Below, one piece after another: positions 37,954 through 46,865 of a DNA stretch of 64,000 nucleotides. The position numbers were made by a program, and so were the translations under genes. Source of the DNA: Candidatus Aminicenantes bacterium. GTDB taxonomy: Bacteria; Acidobacteriota; Aminicenantia; Aminicenantales; Saccharicenantaceae. The stretch is taken from positions 96,193 to 160,192 of the forward strand of contig CAWEJF010000015.1 of the NCBI GenBank assembly GCA_963809345.1, written 5' to 3'. Within the stretch, counting starts at the first letter, position 1; the number at the start of each line of letters is the position of its first letter. Below the pieces are notes generated by a model, which saw nothing but the letters and a program-made list of their open reading frames with translations, had not been told where the DNA came from and made no database searches.

Positions 37954-39234
37954 TTATTCCATCTTATTGATCAAGTTCGGGTCGGCCTTGAATGCGATGA
38001 CGAAGGATTTCCAGACCTTGACGGCCACGCCATTCTTGCGGGCCGGCTGGAACTTCCACTTTTTCACGGCGGTCTCGGCGGCCCGGGCGAGGCCCTTGTC
38101 ATCCTGGATTCCCTTGAGGATGCCCGTGTCGATGACGTTGCCCTTCTCGTCGATGAGGGCGTTGACCGTGATCTGGCCGCCGATCCCGAGGCGCTGGGCG
38201 GTCTGCGGATAGACGGGATTGGAGGACTTGACGAGCTGGGGCTGTTCGGTGGCGGAGCCGAGCTCGACGAGGTCGCCCTCGTTGACGGGGGCGGTGACCG
38301 GCGCCGGGCCGGGGGCCGCGGCCGTGGTGTTTGCGGCGGTCCCGGGGTCGGTGGCCGCGTTTTGGGCCGGATCCGTGACGGTCTCCGTGACCACCGGCGG
38401 GGACACGCTTTCGGTCTTCACGGGCGGCGGGTCGGCCTGGGCGGTGTTCGTCCCCGGTTCCGTCCGGGCTTCATCCGTTCCGCCGGCGGGCCGCTGGGCG
38501 GAGGTCAGGGGCAGGGTGGCCGCGGCCGTTCCCGTGGGCAGGATCGCGTCAGCGCCAGCCGGGCCGGGATCGGCCCGCTTGGCCTGCGGCTTTTGTTTGA
38601 CGGGCGCGGGCTTGACCTCGGACGCGGGAGCTTCCTCGATCGGCCGGGACGGCGTGTTCACGTCGGTCACTGTCTGGGTCGCGGCCTGCTGGCTCTCCAT
38701 CGCCGGCGGCGTGTGCTTCGGCCGCAGAAGGATGAAGCCGACGGCGGCGACGGCGACGACGCCGATACCGACGAAGGCGATCTTGGGGAAGCCCTTCTTT
38801 TCCTTGGGCTCATCGAAATCCTGGAAGATATCGGTCGAGGCGATCGCCTCGGCTTCGCGGCTCTTGGCCTCGTGACGCGCGGGTTCCTGTCTCGACGGCT
38901 CGTGCCGGGCCGGCTCGGGTTCCGCAGGCGCCGTCCGCTCCATTTTCTCGGCGGGCTGTGGCGGCTTCGGCGGCGCGACGTGGACCGGATGTATCGGGGA
39001 GGTTTGGACCCTCGGTTTTACCGCCGGGGCTTCGGGCTTCGGCTTCTCGGGAGTGAAGAAGGGCGAGACGTCCGACCCGGGATCTCCCGGGGTGAGCGTG
39101 TTCTTCATGTCCTTCTCGATGGACCCGGTGAAGAACGTGTCGATCCGGGGCGCCGGCGGGGGTGTCGGCTTCGGTTCGGGCTCCGCCGCCGGCCAAGACG
39201 TCGGGGCGGGCTTGGCCTTGACAGGCGGCGCCAA
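37954..39234 (-). CDS. Pro-rich, single-TM protein with TonB C-terminal domain (probably the C-terminal part of a longer fusion)
   Basis: TM IAFVGIGVVAVAAVGFILL. C-terminal NPVYPQTAQRLGIGGQITVNALIDEKGNV...AVKKWKFQPA...GV (TonB_C). The frame stays open upstream of the TTG at 39234, with coding-like sequence and no start codon. Confidence 0.8.
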   Translation of the reverse strand: MAPPVKAKPAPTSWPAAEPEPKPTPPPAPRIDTFFTGSIEKDMKNTLTPGDPGSDVSPFFTPEKPKPEAPAVKPRVQTSPIHPVHVAPPKPPQPAEKMERTAPAEPEPARHEPSRQEPARHEAKSREAEAIASTDIFQDFDEPKEKKGFPKIAFVGIGVVAVAAVGFILLRPKHTPPAMESQQAATQTVTDVNTPSRPIEEAPASEVKPAPVKQKPQAKRADPGPAGADAILPTGTAAATLPLTSAQRPAGGTDEARTEPGTNTAQADPPPVKTESVSPPVVTETVTDPAQNAATDPGTAANTTAAAPGPAPVTAPVNEGDLVELGSATEQPQLVKSSNPVYPQTAQRLGIGGQITVNALIDEKGNVIDTGILKGIQDDKGLARAAETAVKKWKFQPARKNGVAVKVWKSFVIAFKADPNLINKME

Positions 39235-39296
39235 GGGCGCCGTCTTGGGGACCTTGATCTTTTCTTTATCGAGCTCGAAGCCGGCCAGGGCGGACT

Positions 39297-40034
39297 TCAG
39301 AAATTGGTCGATGTCCGCCTTGCCGTTCCCGTTGCCGTTTCCGTTTTCCCTCCGGCCGGCTTCGGCTCGACGGCCTTGGGCCTCGTGGTCTCGACGATGA
39401 CCTTATTGAGGAGCTCGTCTGCGATCGATTCGAGACGCGCTTCGGCGGTCGTCTCGTAGCGGGCCGGCGCGGGCTTGTGGCTCTTCGGGATCTCCCGGCT
39501 CAGCCGGTCGAGATCGGCCGGCAGGGAGAAGATATCGTCGTCGGACTTGGGCTTCTCGCGCTTCCGGGGCTCGGCGGGCGACATCTCGGCGCGAAGCTCC
39601 CGTGACAGGCTGGGCGGCTCGGGCGCCGCGACAGGCTCCGGTTCGATCGGCCGCGGCGCGGGCTTGCCGAGCACGGCTTCGATCGAGGCCAGCAGCTCGG
39701 CCATCTTGAGCGGCTTCTCGAAATATTCGGAAGCGCCGTAGGTCCGCAGCGCCTCGGTCCGGTAGACGCGGTCCTTGTAGACGCCGGTCATGATAAAGAC
39801 GGTGGCCTGGGAGTTCCGCTCCGACGTGATCCTCTGACAGAGCTCGAAGCCGTGGACCTTGGGCAGCATGGCCTCCATGAGGACCAGGTCCGGCGATTCC
39901 TTGTTGTACTTGTCCCAGCCCGCCTGGCCGTCGGCCGCGGTCACGATCTGATAGCCCTCCTTGGACAGGATCCCTTGGAGAGCGGCCAACGAGCCTTGGT
40001 CGTAATCGATGACGAGGATCTTTTTTGCGGCCAT
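39297..40034 (-). CDS. response-regulator receiver domain protein with Glu at the phospho-acceptor position
   Basis: KILVIDYD...PDLVLMEAMLP...VFIMTG...YFEKP aligns to CheY with D57 replaced by E and D13 by Y. Long Pro-rich tail. Confidence 0.85.
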   Translation of the reverse strand: MAAKKILVIDYDQGSLAALQGILSKEGYQIVTAADGQAGWDKYNKESPDLVLMEAMLPKVHGFELCQRITSERNSQATVFIMTGVYKDRVYRTEALRTYGASEYFEKPLKMAELLASIEAVLGKPAPRPIEPEPVAAPEPPSLSRELRAEMSPAEPRKREKPKSDDDIFSLPADLDRLSREIPKSHKPAPARYETTAEARLESIADELLNKVIVETTRPKAVEPKPAGGKTETATGTARRTSTNF

Positions 40035-40152
40035 GTTTAAGGCTTCCTATCGCCGCGGAGCTCCTCTCGGCCGCAAACCGTCCGGCCGGAAGGATGTTCA
40101 GACGGCGATGTCGTTCGCATGCCCTATTTTTTCCTCACCCCCCGATAGGGTC

Positions 40153-40189
40153 AATCACCTCTTTGGGTGATTCAGGGGATGATATCCCC
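40153..40189. promoter_or_regulatory. dyads AATCACC-N6-GGTGATT and GGGGAT-GAT-ATCCCC
   Basis: 40153-40159 pairs with 40166-40172, and 40175-40180 with 40184-40189. Located in the 357-nt non-coding region between the receiver gene and the C1 peptidase gene. Related to the motif at 17860-17924. Confidence 0.35.
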
Positions 40190-40391
40190 CCCGCCCCAGG
40201 GGTAAGGACGACTCTTGGCCAGGGCCGCGAAGCCCACCCCGGCTCGGGGCGGTCCCTCCCTCGGCGTCACCCCTCCCCCGGGTTCGCGCCCCTCATCCGG
40301 TCCTGACCGTTACGGCCGGCCGCCTCGAGTCCGCTGAACCGCAGGAGACGGTTTGCGTAATCGATAATTAAGGAACGAAAGGAGGGACAAG

Positions 40392-41288
40392 ATGGACGAA
40401 TTCAAAACTCGTGGGCTGGGCTGGATCCCGGACCTTCCCGATTTCCGGGACTATACGGAGGAGACCCGGGACATCCGCGCGCTCCTCGCTCCGACCGGAG
40501 TGACGTCGTCGGCGGCGGCGCGCGGCAAGGCGCGTCCGCGGCTCCCGGCGGCCGTCGACCTGCGGTCGTGGGCCTCGCCGATCGAAGACCAGGGCGCCCT
40601 CGGCTCGTGCACCGCGCAGGCCGGGGCCGGCGTCATCGAATACTACGAGCGGAAATCGTTCGGGCACCACGTCGAGGCGTCGCGGCTCTTTCTTTATAAA
40701 GCCACCCGCAATCTCATGAAGGCCAAAGGCGACTCGGGCGCCTACCTCAGGATGACGATGGGGGCCATGGTCCTCTTCGGGGCTCCGCCCGAACCCTACT
40801 GGCCGTACACCGATGCCACGGACGGGTTCGACAGGGAGCCGCCCGCCTTCTGCTACGCGTTCGCCCAGAACTACAAGACGCTCCTTTACTATCGCCACGA
40901 TCCGGCCGGCGTGACGCGCGCCGCCGTGCTCGACGAGCTCAAGACCTATCTCGCCGCCGGCCACCCGGCCATGTTCGGCTTCACCGTCTACAGCTCGATC
41001 GCGCAGGCGGAGACGACGGGACGCATTCCCGTTCCTTTCGGCCGGGAGCGGATCGAGGGCGGCCACGCCGTCGTGGCCCTGGGCTTCGACGACGCCATGA
41101 CCATCGCCAACACGTCCGGCGGCGAGCCGTCCCGCGGCGCCCTGCTCATCCGCAACTCCTGGGGCAAGGGCTGGGGCGAGAAGGGCTACGGCTGGTTGCC
41201 CTACGCTTATATCCAGCGGGGCCTGGCCGAGGATTTCTGGTCCGTGCTGAAGAAGGAGTGGATCGATACCGGCGAGTTCAAAATCTGA
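40392..41288 (+). CDS. papain-like cysteine peptidase (C1 family), no signal peptide
   Basis: QGALGSCTA (Cys), GGHAVVALG (His), NSWGKGWGEKGY (Asn/Trp). Confidence 0.85.
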   Translation: MDEFKTRGLGWIPDLPDFRDYTEETRDIRALLAPTGVTSSAAARGKARPRLPAAVDLRSWASPIEDQGALGSCTAQAGAGVIEYYERKSFGHHVEASRLFLYKATRNLMKAKGDSGAYLRMTMGAMVLFGAPPEPYWPYTDATDGFDREPPAFCYAFAQNYKTLLYYRHDPAGVTRAAVLDELKTYLAAGHPAMFGFTVYSSIAQAETTGRIPVPFGRERIEGGHAVVALGFDDAMTIANTSGGEPSRGALLIRNSWGKGWGEKGYGWLPYAYIQRGLAEDFWSVLKKEWIDTGEFKI

Positions 41289-41348
41289 CCGAAATCCGTT
41301 ATAATGATCTTTCTCCATATTTTCCAATCATATCCCGAGGAGGATCCT

Positions 41349-42056
41349 ATGAAGCTCCATCGCATCGGCGTGATCGCGCTCGTCCTGTTCGCCGCGGCCG
41401 CTGTACCCGCCCTAGCCCAGGAGACCGAAGGCACCGTTCCAGAGATCTCCGCGTTCCACGAAGTCATCTATCCCATCTGGCATACCGCATTCCCCGAAAA
41501 AGACATCGCCATGCTGAAGAGCCTGGTCCCTCAGGTCAATGAGCTGGCCGATAAGGTCTTCGCGGCCAAGCTCCCCGGCATCCTGCGCGACAAGCAGGCC
41601 AAGTACGACGCCGGCCTGGCCGAGTTCCGCGCTTCTGTCGAGGCCTACAACGCCGCCGCCAAGGGCTCCGACGACAAGGCCATGCTCGACGCTGCAGAGG
41701 CCCTGCACGCCAAATACGAAAAGCTCGTCCGCACACTCCAGCCCGTGCTCAAGGAGATGGAGGACTTCCACAAGGTCCTCTACGTCGTCTACCACACCGA
41801 CCTGCCGGCCAAGAATTGGGAGGCCGTCCGTGCCGCCGCGCCCGACCTCAAGGCCAAGGCCGAAGCCGTGACCGCGGCCAAGCTTTCGGCGCGTCTTCAG
41901 CCCAAGGCCGAGGCATTCGCCAAGGCCTCGGGCGAGCTGGTGAAGGCGGCCACGGTGTTGGCCGGGCTCGGTCCCGAGGCCAACGGCGAGGCCGTCGAAC
42001 AGGCGGTCCAGAAGCTCCACGGCCGCTATCAGGAACTGGAAAAGATCTTCGACTGA
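41349..42056 (+). CDS. secreted all-helical protein made of two ~104-aa repeats, unknown function
   Basis: GAGGAGGA then ATG 41349. Signal peptide ...AAAAVPALA. Repeats start FHEVIYPIWHTAFPEKD (nt 41454) and FHKVLYVVYHTDLPAKN (nt 41766). Confidence 0.6.
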   Translation: MKLHRIGVIALVLFAAAAVPALAQETEGTVPEISAFHEVIYPIWHTAFPEKDIAMLKSLVPQVNELADKVFAAKLPGILRDKQAKYDAGLAEFRASVEAYNAAAKGSDDKAMLDAAEALHAKYEKLVRTLQPVLKEMEDFHKVLYVVYHTDLPAKNWEAVRAAAPDLKAKAEAVTAAKLSARLQPKAEAFAKASGELVKAATVLAGLGPEANGEAVEQAVQKLHGRYQELEKIFD

Positions 42057-42066
42057 GGCCGGCGCT

Positions 42067-43806
42067 CTACTTCGACGCCCTGTCCTCGATCAGGATCTGC
42101 AGCGTCTCGAGCTCGTCCGCGTCGAACCAGATCTTTCCGCACGACAGGCACTTGTCGACCGGCACGAAGTACTGGTAGTTGTACGGCCGGGCGGTCATCC
42201 GGTAACCGCAGTTCGGGCAGGGCACATCCGCGGCCAGGGCCGATTCGATCTTTTGGCGCCTGAGCGGGTTGCGGACGGCCTTCTCGCGAAAGAGGCGGGC
42301 TTTCTCTCGCAACGGCGCGGAGAAATCGACTTCACGGCGGGCCACGATCCTGTCGACCGACGCCGCGTCGACCAGCCGGCCCCCGCAGCGCCCGCAGACG
42401 CCGATGCCCACCCCTTCGTAGAACGCTTCGCCGAGCGGGACGCGGCAGCGCGGGCAGAGGTTCTGCCGCCCCGGGGCGAGGGGTCTCTTGCGGGCCAGGT
42501 TGTGGAGGGCGATGCGGATCTGGGGGAACTCGCGGGCCCGGGCCTCGACGCCCTCCTGTGTGTTCCTGACCCGCATGATGGCCGAGAACCGCGGCCGGCA
42601 CAGGAGCTCGGCGACCGTGAACGGCCCTTCCCAGGGCCTGTCGGTCCCGGCCGCGAGCATCCAGACGCGGGCCTCCTCTCCGGCCGGCGGCGCGCCGGAC
42701 GTCTCTTCCGTGGGGGGGAAGAGCTCGAGCTGTTCCTTCCGCAATTCTTCGTAAGAGTGGAGGACGCCCCGGGCCGCGTCGCGCGCCCGCTCCTCTTCCC
42801 ACACGGCCTCGATGATGGCCTGGGGTTTCTTGCGGACCATGGCCGCCAGCGCGTCGATCCGCTTCATGAGGGGTGGGTGGGAGCTGAAGATCCGGCCCAC
42901 GAGGTTGTCCGGCGTGTCCCGCGAATCGGGACGGACGATGAAGAGGGGCGCATAGCTCAACGAAAAATCGCCGACGAACGAGTTCTTGACGTAGGCTTTA
43001 TAGATGATGCGGGCCAGCGCTTCGGGGGCGCGCGCGAGCTCGACGGCCGCGGCGTCGGCTAGGAGCTCCCGCTCCCTGCTGACGAGCATGCTCAGCAGGC
43101 GCATGACCAGGGCCGACACGGCCACGGCGCCGTAGAAGAGGACGGGCGGGAAGCTGGGGCCTCTCCGGCTCCCCTCGTAGCCCGCGTCGTCGTCCGCCGC
43201 TGAGCTGAGGGCGTCCTTGAACCTTTCGAAAAGGTTGGCCAGGGAGCAGACGAGCGTCAGGTAGAACGCGTCGCCCCGGGCGATATGGGCCAGCTCATGG
43301 GCGGCCACGGCCTGGAGCTCGTCGCGCGTGCCCTCCGCCAGAAGCCCCTCGGTGACGGCCACGGCGGGGGTGCCGTCCTCCTCGATGACGGCCAGCGAGT
43401 TGACGGCGAATGACGGCAGGACGTAGGCGTTGACGCGCGGCAGGCCGGCCGCGATGCGGATCTCATCGAGGGTGTTGAGGAACTGGACGTGATAGCGGTC
43501 CGCCGCGTCCGGGGTCGCGGCCTGGAGACGCCGGAGGATGACGCGCGGGCCGTTCTTGCGGGCGTCCTGGAAATGGAAGAAGGCGACGATCAAGGCGACG
43601 GCCAGGTCGACGAGAAGGAAGCGGGGCCAGAATCCCGGAGAGGCTATGAGCCCGGTGCCGAGAAAGAGGCCGAAGGTGGCCAGAAAGGCCAGGCCGATGA
43701 GCCCGAGGCCGAGGAAGTGAAAGGCGAGGACAGCGGCGAAGAGGGGCAGGCTCTTGCGACGCTGGCGCTCCTGGATCTCGTAAAAGTCACGCGTCCGTGT
43801 GGCCAT
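42067..43806 (-). CDS. M48 (HtpX-like) membrane metalloprotease with GYF_2-like segment and two C-terminal zinc ribbons
   Basis: HELAH motif after N-terminal TM helices. WMLAAGTDRPWEGPFTVAELL. CPRC...CGRCGG and CPNC...CLSCGKIWFDADELE. Confidence 0.85.
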   Translation of the reverse strand: MATRTRDFYEIQERQRRKSLPLFAAVLAFHFLGLGLIGLAFLATFGLFLGTGLIASPGFWPRFLLVDLAVALIVAFFHFQDARKNGPRVILRRLQAATPDAADRYHVQFLNTLDEIRIAAGLPRVNAYVLPSFAVNSLAVIEEDGTPAVAVTEGLLAEGTRDELQAVAAHELAHIARGDAFYLTLVCSLANLFERFKDALSSAADDDAGYEGSRRGPSFPPVLFYGAVAVSALVMRLLSMLVSRERELLADAAAVELARAPEALARIIYKAYVKNSFVGDFSLSYAPLFIVRPDSRDTPDNLVGRIFSSHPPLMKRIDALAAMVRKKPQAIIEAVWEEERARDAARGVLHSYEELRKEQLELFPPTEETSGAPPAGEEARVWMLAAGTDRPWEGPFTVAELLCRPRFSAIMRVRNTQEGVEARAREFPQIRIALHNLARKRPLAPGRQNLCPRCRVPLGEAFYEGVGIGVCGRCGGRLVDAASVDRIVARREVDFSAPLREKARLFREKAVRNPLRRQKIESALAADVPCPNCGYRMTARPYNYQYFVPVDKCLSCGKIWFDADELETLQILIEDRASK

Positions 43807-43885
43807 GGCGTCGGGGACATCATAAACGAACCCTCACGGCCCGGTCAATGGAAGGAAATGGGGACGCTCCTATTTTCCGGACGGG

Positions 43886-46300
43886 TCACTTCTTGTCGAT
43901 CTCGGCCCGAAGGCCGTCGACGAGCTTCTTGACCAGCTCCTCATCCACTCCCTTTTGGCCTTTTGGAGCGGCGATCTTAAAGGTCATCGTGCCGCTGTCT
44001 GCTTCGAATTCCTGCTCGACGAGGGTGAAGCCCTCGGGCAATTCATTTTTGAGCTTTGACAGCGCCCGCTCGTAGGCTTCCCGCCCGAGGCCCTTCTCGC
44101 CGATGACGATCGTGATCGCGCCCTCGTCCTTGGACATGACCTTAACGTAAGCTCTCGCTTCGTCGGCTTTCTTGTCCTTCTCCGCATCCTTCTCCGCGAC
44201 CCAAACGGCGACCTGGCCCTCGGACTCGTCTCCGCCGACCCTCTTGACGACGGCGACTTGGCCCGGGACCTTCTCGAGCTTGAGCTGGAGCTCCTGGAGC
44301 TTATCCTCCTTCGCCGCGAGCTCGGCTTCGAGCTTCTTCAGGGATTCCTCGAGGGCGGAGAGGTCCATCTTCTTGGCCTTGATCGCCTGGACCTGTTCCT
44401 GGAGGGCATGGACTTTTTCCAGCATCTCGCCGTCCTTGGCGATCGTCCATGCGTAGGACCTGCCCCCGGCGCCTTTGGCCACCCACCGTGCGCCTTCCTT
44501 CATGTCCTTCCGCGTCTTGACGATGACCCGGGAGCGTTCCTCGCCCCCTTCCGCCTTTTCGGCGAGCTTGATCTTTTCGTAGCCGATCTCAGGGTCGCCC
44601 GTTCTGTAGAAGACGATCGTCTCGCCCTCATCGCCCCCTTCCTTGGCGATCTTCAGCCTCATGGGCTTGCCGATATCCAGGGGCTTGCCCTCTTTTATGA
44701 CTTGGAGATCGCCGCCATTGATCTCGATGCGGACGGGTTCGCCTTTGAGAACCTGGACGTCCTTTCCATCGACGGTCAGGACGAGGGCTTCCCCGTCCTT
44801 GCTCTTCGTGATCGTCAGGGGCTTTTCCAGGACGAGCTTCTTGACCTGGTCTCCCTCGGTGATGATCACCTCGATCGTCTTGCCTTCGGCGCCAACGGGC
44901 GTGATGACGAACGTCTTTGTGACCGCGGCCTTTTCCTTGGCGGCCTTCTCCGCTTCGATAGCCTTCTCGACCTTCTTGGCTTTCTCGGCCGCCTTGGCCT
45001 TTTCCTGTTCCGTTTCCTGGACGACGGCCTTCTCGGCTTGGGTCAGCCCGGCGCCGGGAGCGGCGATCGCGAAGCTCGCGGGGGCCGGAAGCGCCGTTTC
45101 AGCGAGGACCGGCGTCCCTTCTTTGGCCTCGGTCCCGGAGACGGGACGGGCCGTTCCGACGAGGGCCACGGCCAGAACGAGGGCCAGGGCCAGCATGATC
45201 TTGGTTTTCATCTTGACCTCCATGAATGTCAATTTCTGTTTGAGGATGGCCGCCAGGCGATCCTGGAACGATGACTTTCCCAGCATTCCGAGCAGGGCCG
45301 CCGAAGGATTCCAACGGAACCCGGCCGCACGCCGGAAAGCCAGCAACGTGGCGGCGTAGGTCGACGGCCTGATCCCCGCGCGCAGGACCAGCTCGTCGCA
45401 GGCGATCTCCTGTTCCTTCTGGAGCTCGCGGTAGACGACCCAACAGAGCGGATTCCACCAGAATACGGCCAGGCTGGCCCGGACGAGCAGCATGACCAGA
45501 AAATCAGCCCGCTTGACGTGGGACAGCTCGTGGAAGAGGGCCGAGGAGCGCTCGTCGTCGGTCCAGGAGTCCGATCCGTCCGGAAGAAGGACGACCGGCC
45601 TGCGCCAGCCCCACGTCAGCGGCACGAGGACCTGCGGATGGCTCTTGAGCCGGACATTGCGGCGGAGCGAGACGAGCGTGAGGAAACGATCGAGAAGAAG
45701 ACGCCATGAGGCGCTGTCGAGAGGGGTCCCTTCTGTTGTCAGCCGGGACGCCCCGGCCAACCCGAAAGCGAGCCTCAGGAGGAGCGCCGCCAAACCGGCC
45801 GACCAGAGGAGTGCGACGACGAGATCAGCGGCCTGAGAGCCGGAGCGGCGGGCCGCCTGGCCGGGCCCCAAAGGGCCCAAAAGCAGGGGGGTGGACGAGC
45901 CGCCGACGGCTTGGTCATCCGACGATGAGGTGAGGTAATACGATACCGCCCCGGAAGGATCGACGCCGGCTCCACCCTTGTTCTCGACCGTCACGGCGAT
46001 GCCCCCCGCTTTAGCCCTCGCGGTCTGCGCGGCTGAGGCAGCCGGCGCGCTCGCCGTGCGGGGCGCGGGGGCCGCCAACCATGCCGGCAGGAGAGGCGAT
46101 TTCCATCCGACCGGAGCGACCGTGAGCAGCGGAAGGAGGAGGAGCCCGATGAGGGCGGACGAGAGGATGAAATGGCGGATGGCCGCGGGACGCCTCTTCG
46201 CGGCCGCGGCGGCCAGAAGGGCCAGGGTCAGGACGACCGTCGTCTTCAGGAAACATCCGGCCAGGAAGCCGAGCGTTCCCGCGGCGGCCGATCCGGGCAT
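43886..46300 (-). CDS. BlaR1/MecR1-type M56 signal-transducing peptidase with non-canonical K/E-rich extracytoplasmic domain
   Basis: FHELSHVKRADF (HExxH). A TM lies after the protease domain (KTKIMLALALVLAVALVG). This is followed by about 420 aa of lysine/glutamate-rich, partly coiled-coil sequence. Confidence 0.85.
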   Translation of the reverse strand: MPGSAAAGTLGFLAGCFLKTTVVLTLALLAAAAAKRRPAAIRHFILSSALIGLLLLPLLTVAPVGWKSPLLPAWLAAPAPRTASAPAASAAQTARAKAGGIAVTVENKGGAGVDPSGAVSYYLTSSSDDQAVGGSSTPLLLGPLGPGQAARRSGSQAADLVVALLWSAGLAALLLRLAFGLAGASRLTTEGTPLDSASWRLLLDRFLTLVSLRRNVRLKSHPQVLVPLTWGWRRPVVLLPDGSDSWTDDERSSALFHELSHVKRADFLVMLLVRASLAVFWWNPLCWVVYRELQKEQEIACDELVLRAGIRPSTYAATLLAFRRAAGFRWNPSAALLGMLGKSSFQDRLAAILKQKLTFMEVKMKTKIMLALALVLAVALVGTARPVSGTEAKEGTPVLAETALPAPASFAIAAPGAGLTQAEKAVVQETEQEKAKAAEKAKKVEKAIEAEKAAKEKAAVTKTFVITPVGAEGKTIEVIITEGDQVKKLVLEKPLTITKSKDGEALVLTVDGKDVQVLKGEPVRIEINGGDLQVIKEGKPLDIGKPMRLKIAKEGGDEGETIVFYRTGDPEIGYEKIKLAEKAEGGEERSRVIVKTRKDMKEGARWVAKGAGGRSYAWTIAKDGEMLEKVHALQEQVQAIKAKKMDLSALEESLKKLEAELAAKEDKLQELQLKLEKVPGQVAVVKRVGGDESEGQVAVWVAEKDAEKDKKADEARAYVKVMSKDEGAITIVIGEKGLGREAYERALSKLKNELPEGFTLVEQEFEADSGTMTFKIAAPKGQKGVDEELVKKLVDGLRAEIDKK

Positions 46301-46301
46301 G

Positions 46302-46685
46302 TCAGCGTCCTTCCCCGCGGGCCTTGTCGATGAGCTCCGCGAGCCGCGCGTAATCGTCCTCGGAGAGGTCCTCTTCGGAGATGTCGAGGAGAGCGGCGAC
46401 GACGTCCGCCGTCGAGCCGTCGAAGAACGTCTGCTTGAGGTGGGCCAAGGCGTTCCGCCGGGCCTTGTCCTTGGCCAGCCGGGGAACGTAGACGTACCGC
46501 GGCCCGTCCTGGCGGTGGACGAGATGGCCCTTCTGCTCGAGGACTCGGAGCAGTGCCCGCACAGCGGAATAGCTTGGCGGCGAGGGCAGCCGCTCTAGGA
46601 CCTGAAGGGCGGAGGCCTCCTTCATCTCGTAGACGATGTCCATGATCTGCCGCTCCCGGCGGCTCAGGCTCTTGTCTTTAGTCAT
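46302..46685 (-). CDS. BlaI/MecI/CopY family transcriptional repressor
   Basis: SRRERQIMDIVYEMKEASALQVLERLPSPPSYSAVRALLRVLEQKGHL (winged helix of the penicillinase repressor family). Stop lies 1 nt before the blaR1-like start. Confidence 0.9.
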   Translation of the reverse strand: MTKDKSLSRRERQIMDIVYEMKEASALQVLERLPSPPSYSAVRALLRVLEQKGHLVHRQDGPRYVYVPRLAKDKARRNALAHLKQTFFDGSTADVVAALLDISEEDLSEDDYARLAELIDKARGEGR

Positions 46686-46720
46686 GCTAAAATATTAGCA
46701 CCAACGGAAGGGCTTGTCAA
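46685..46720 (-). promoter_or_regulatory. promoter TTGACA-N17-TAATAT with overlapping TGCTAA-N4-TTAGCA dyad
   Basis: On the minus strand, TTGACA = 46720-46715 and TAATAT = 46697-46692. The ATG is at 46685, so the leader is nil or very short. The dyad 46685-46690/46695-46700 covers the -10 box and the start codon. Confidence 0.45.
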
Positions 46721-46810
46721 GCGATTCTGCTAATTTTTTAACATCCACGCTTATCTAAACGGCGGCCGCCCCTGGGAGGTTGCGTCCCGCCCGCCGCGCC
46801 ATCCCTTTTC

Positions 46811-46840
46811 TTGACGCCCGTCCCGTCCTCCGACTAATAT
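46811..46840 (+). promoter_or_regulatory. promoter-like TTGACG-N18-TAATAT
   Basis: 46811-46816 and 46835-46840, upstream of the aldo/keto reductase gene. Confidence 0.35.
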
Positions 46841-46865
46841 AAGGAAGGGAGAGACGGGGCTATCC

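Noticed and set aside
40025-40306. 93-aa ORF in the receiver/C1-peptidase intergenic region.
   Set aside because: Pro/Arg/Gly-rich with no SD. It overlaps the receiver gene start on the other strand.
43886-45230. Splitting the BlaR1-like ORF into two genes at MKTKIMLALALVLAVALVG (which looks like a signal peptide).
   Set aside because: It is in the same frame with no stop and no SD. BlaR1-type proteins have a TM helix after the protease domain leading to the external sensor.
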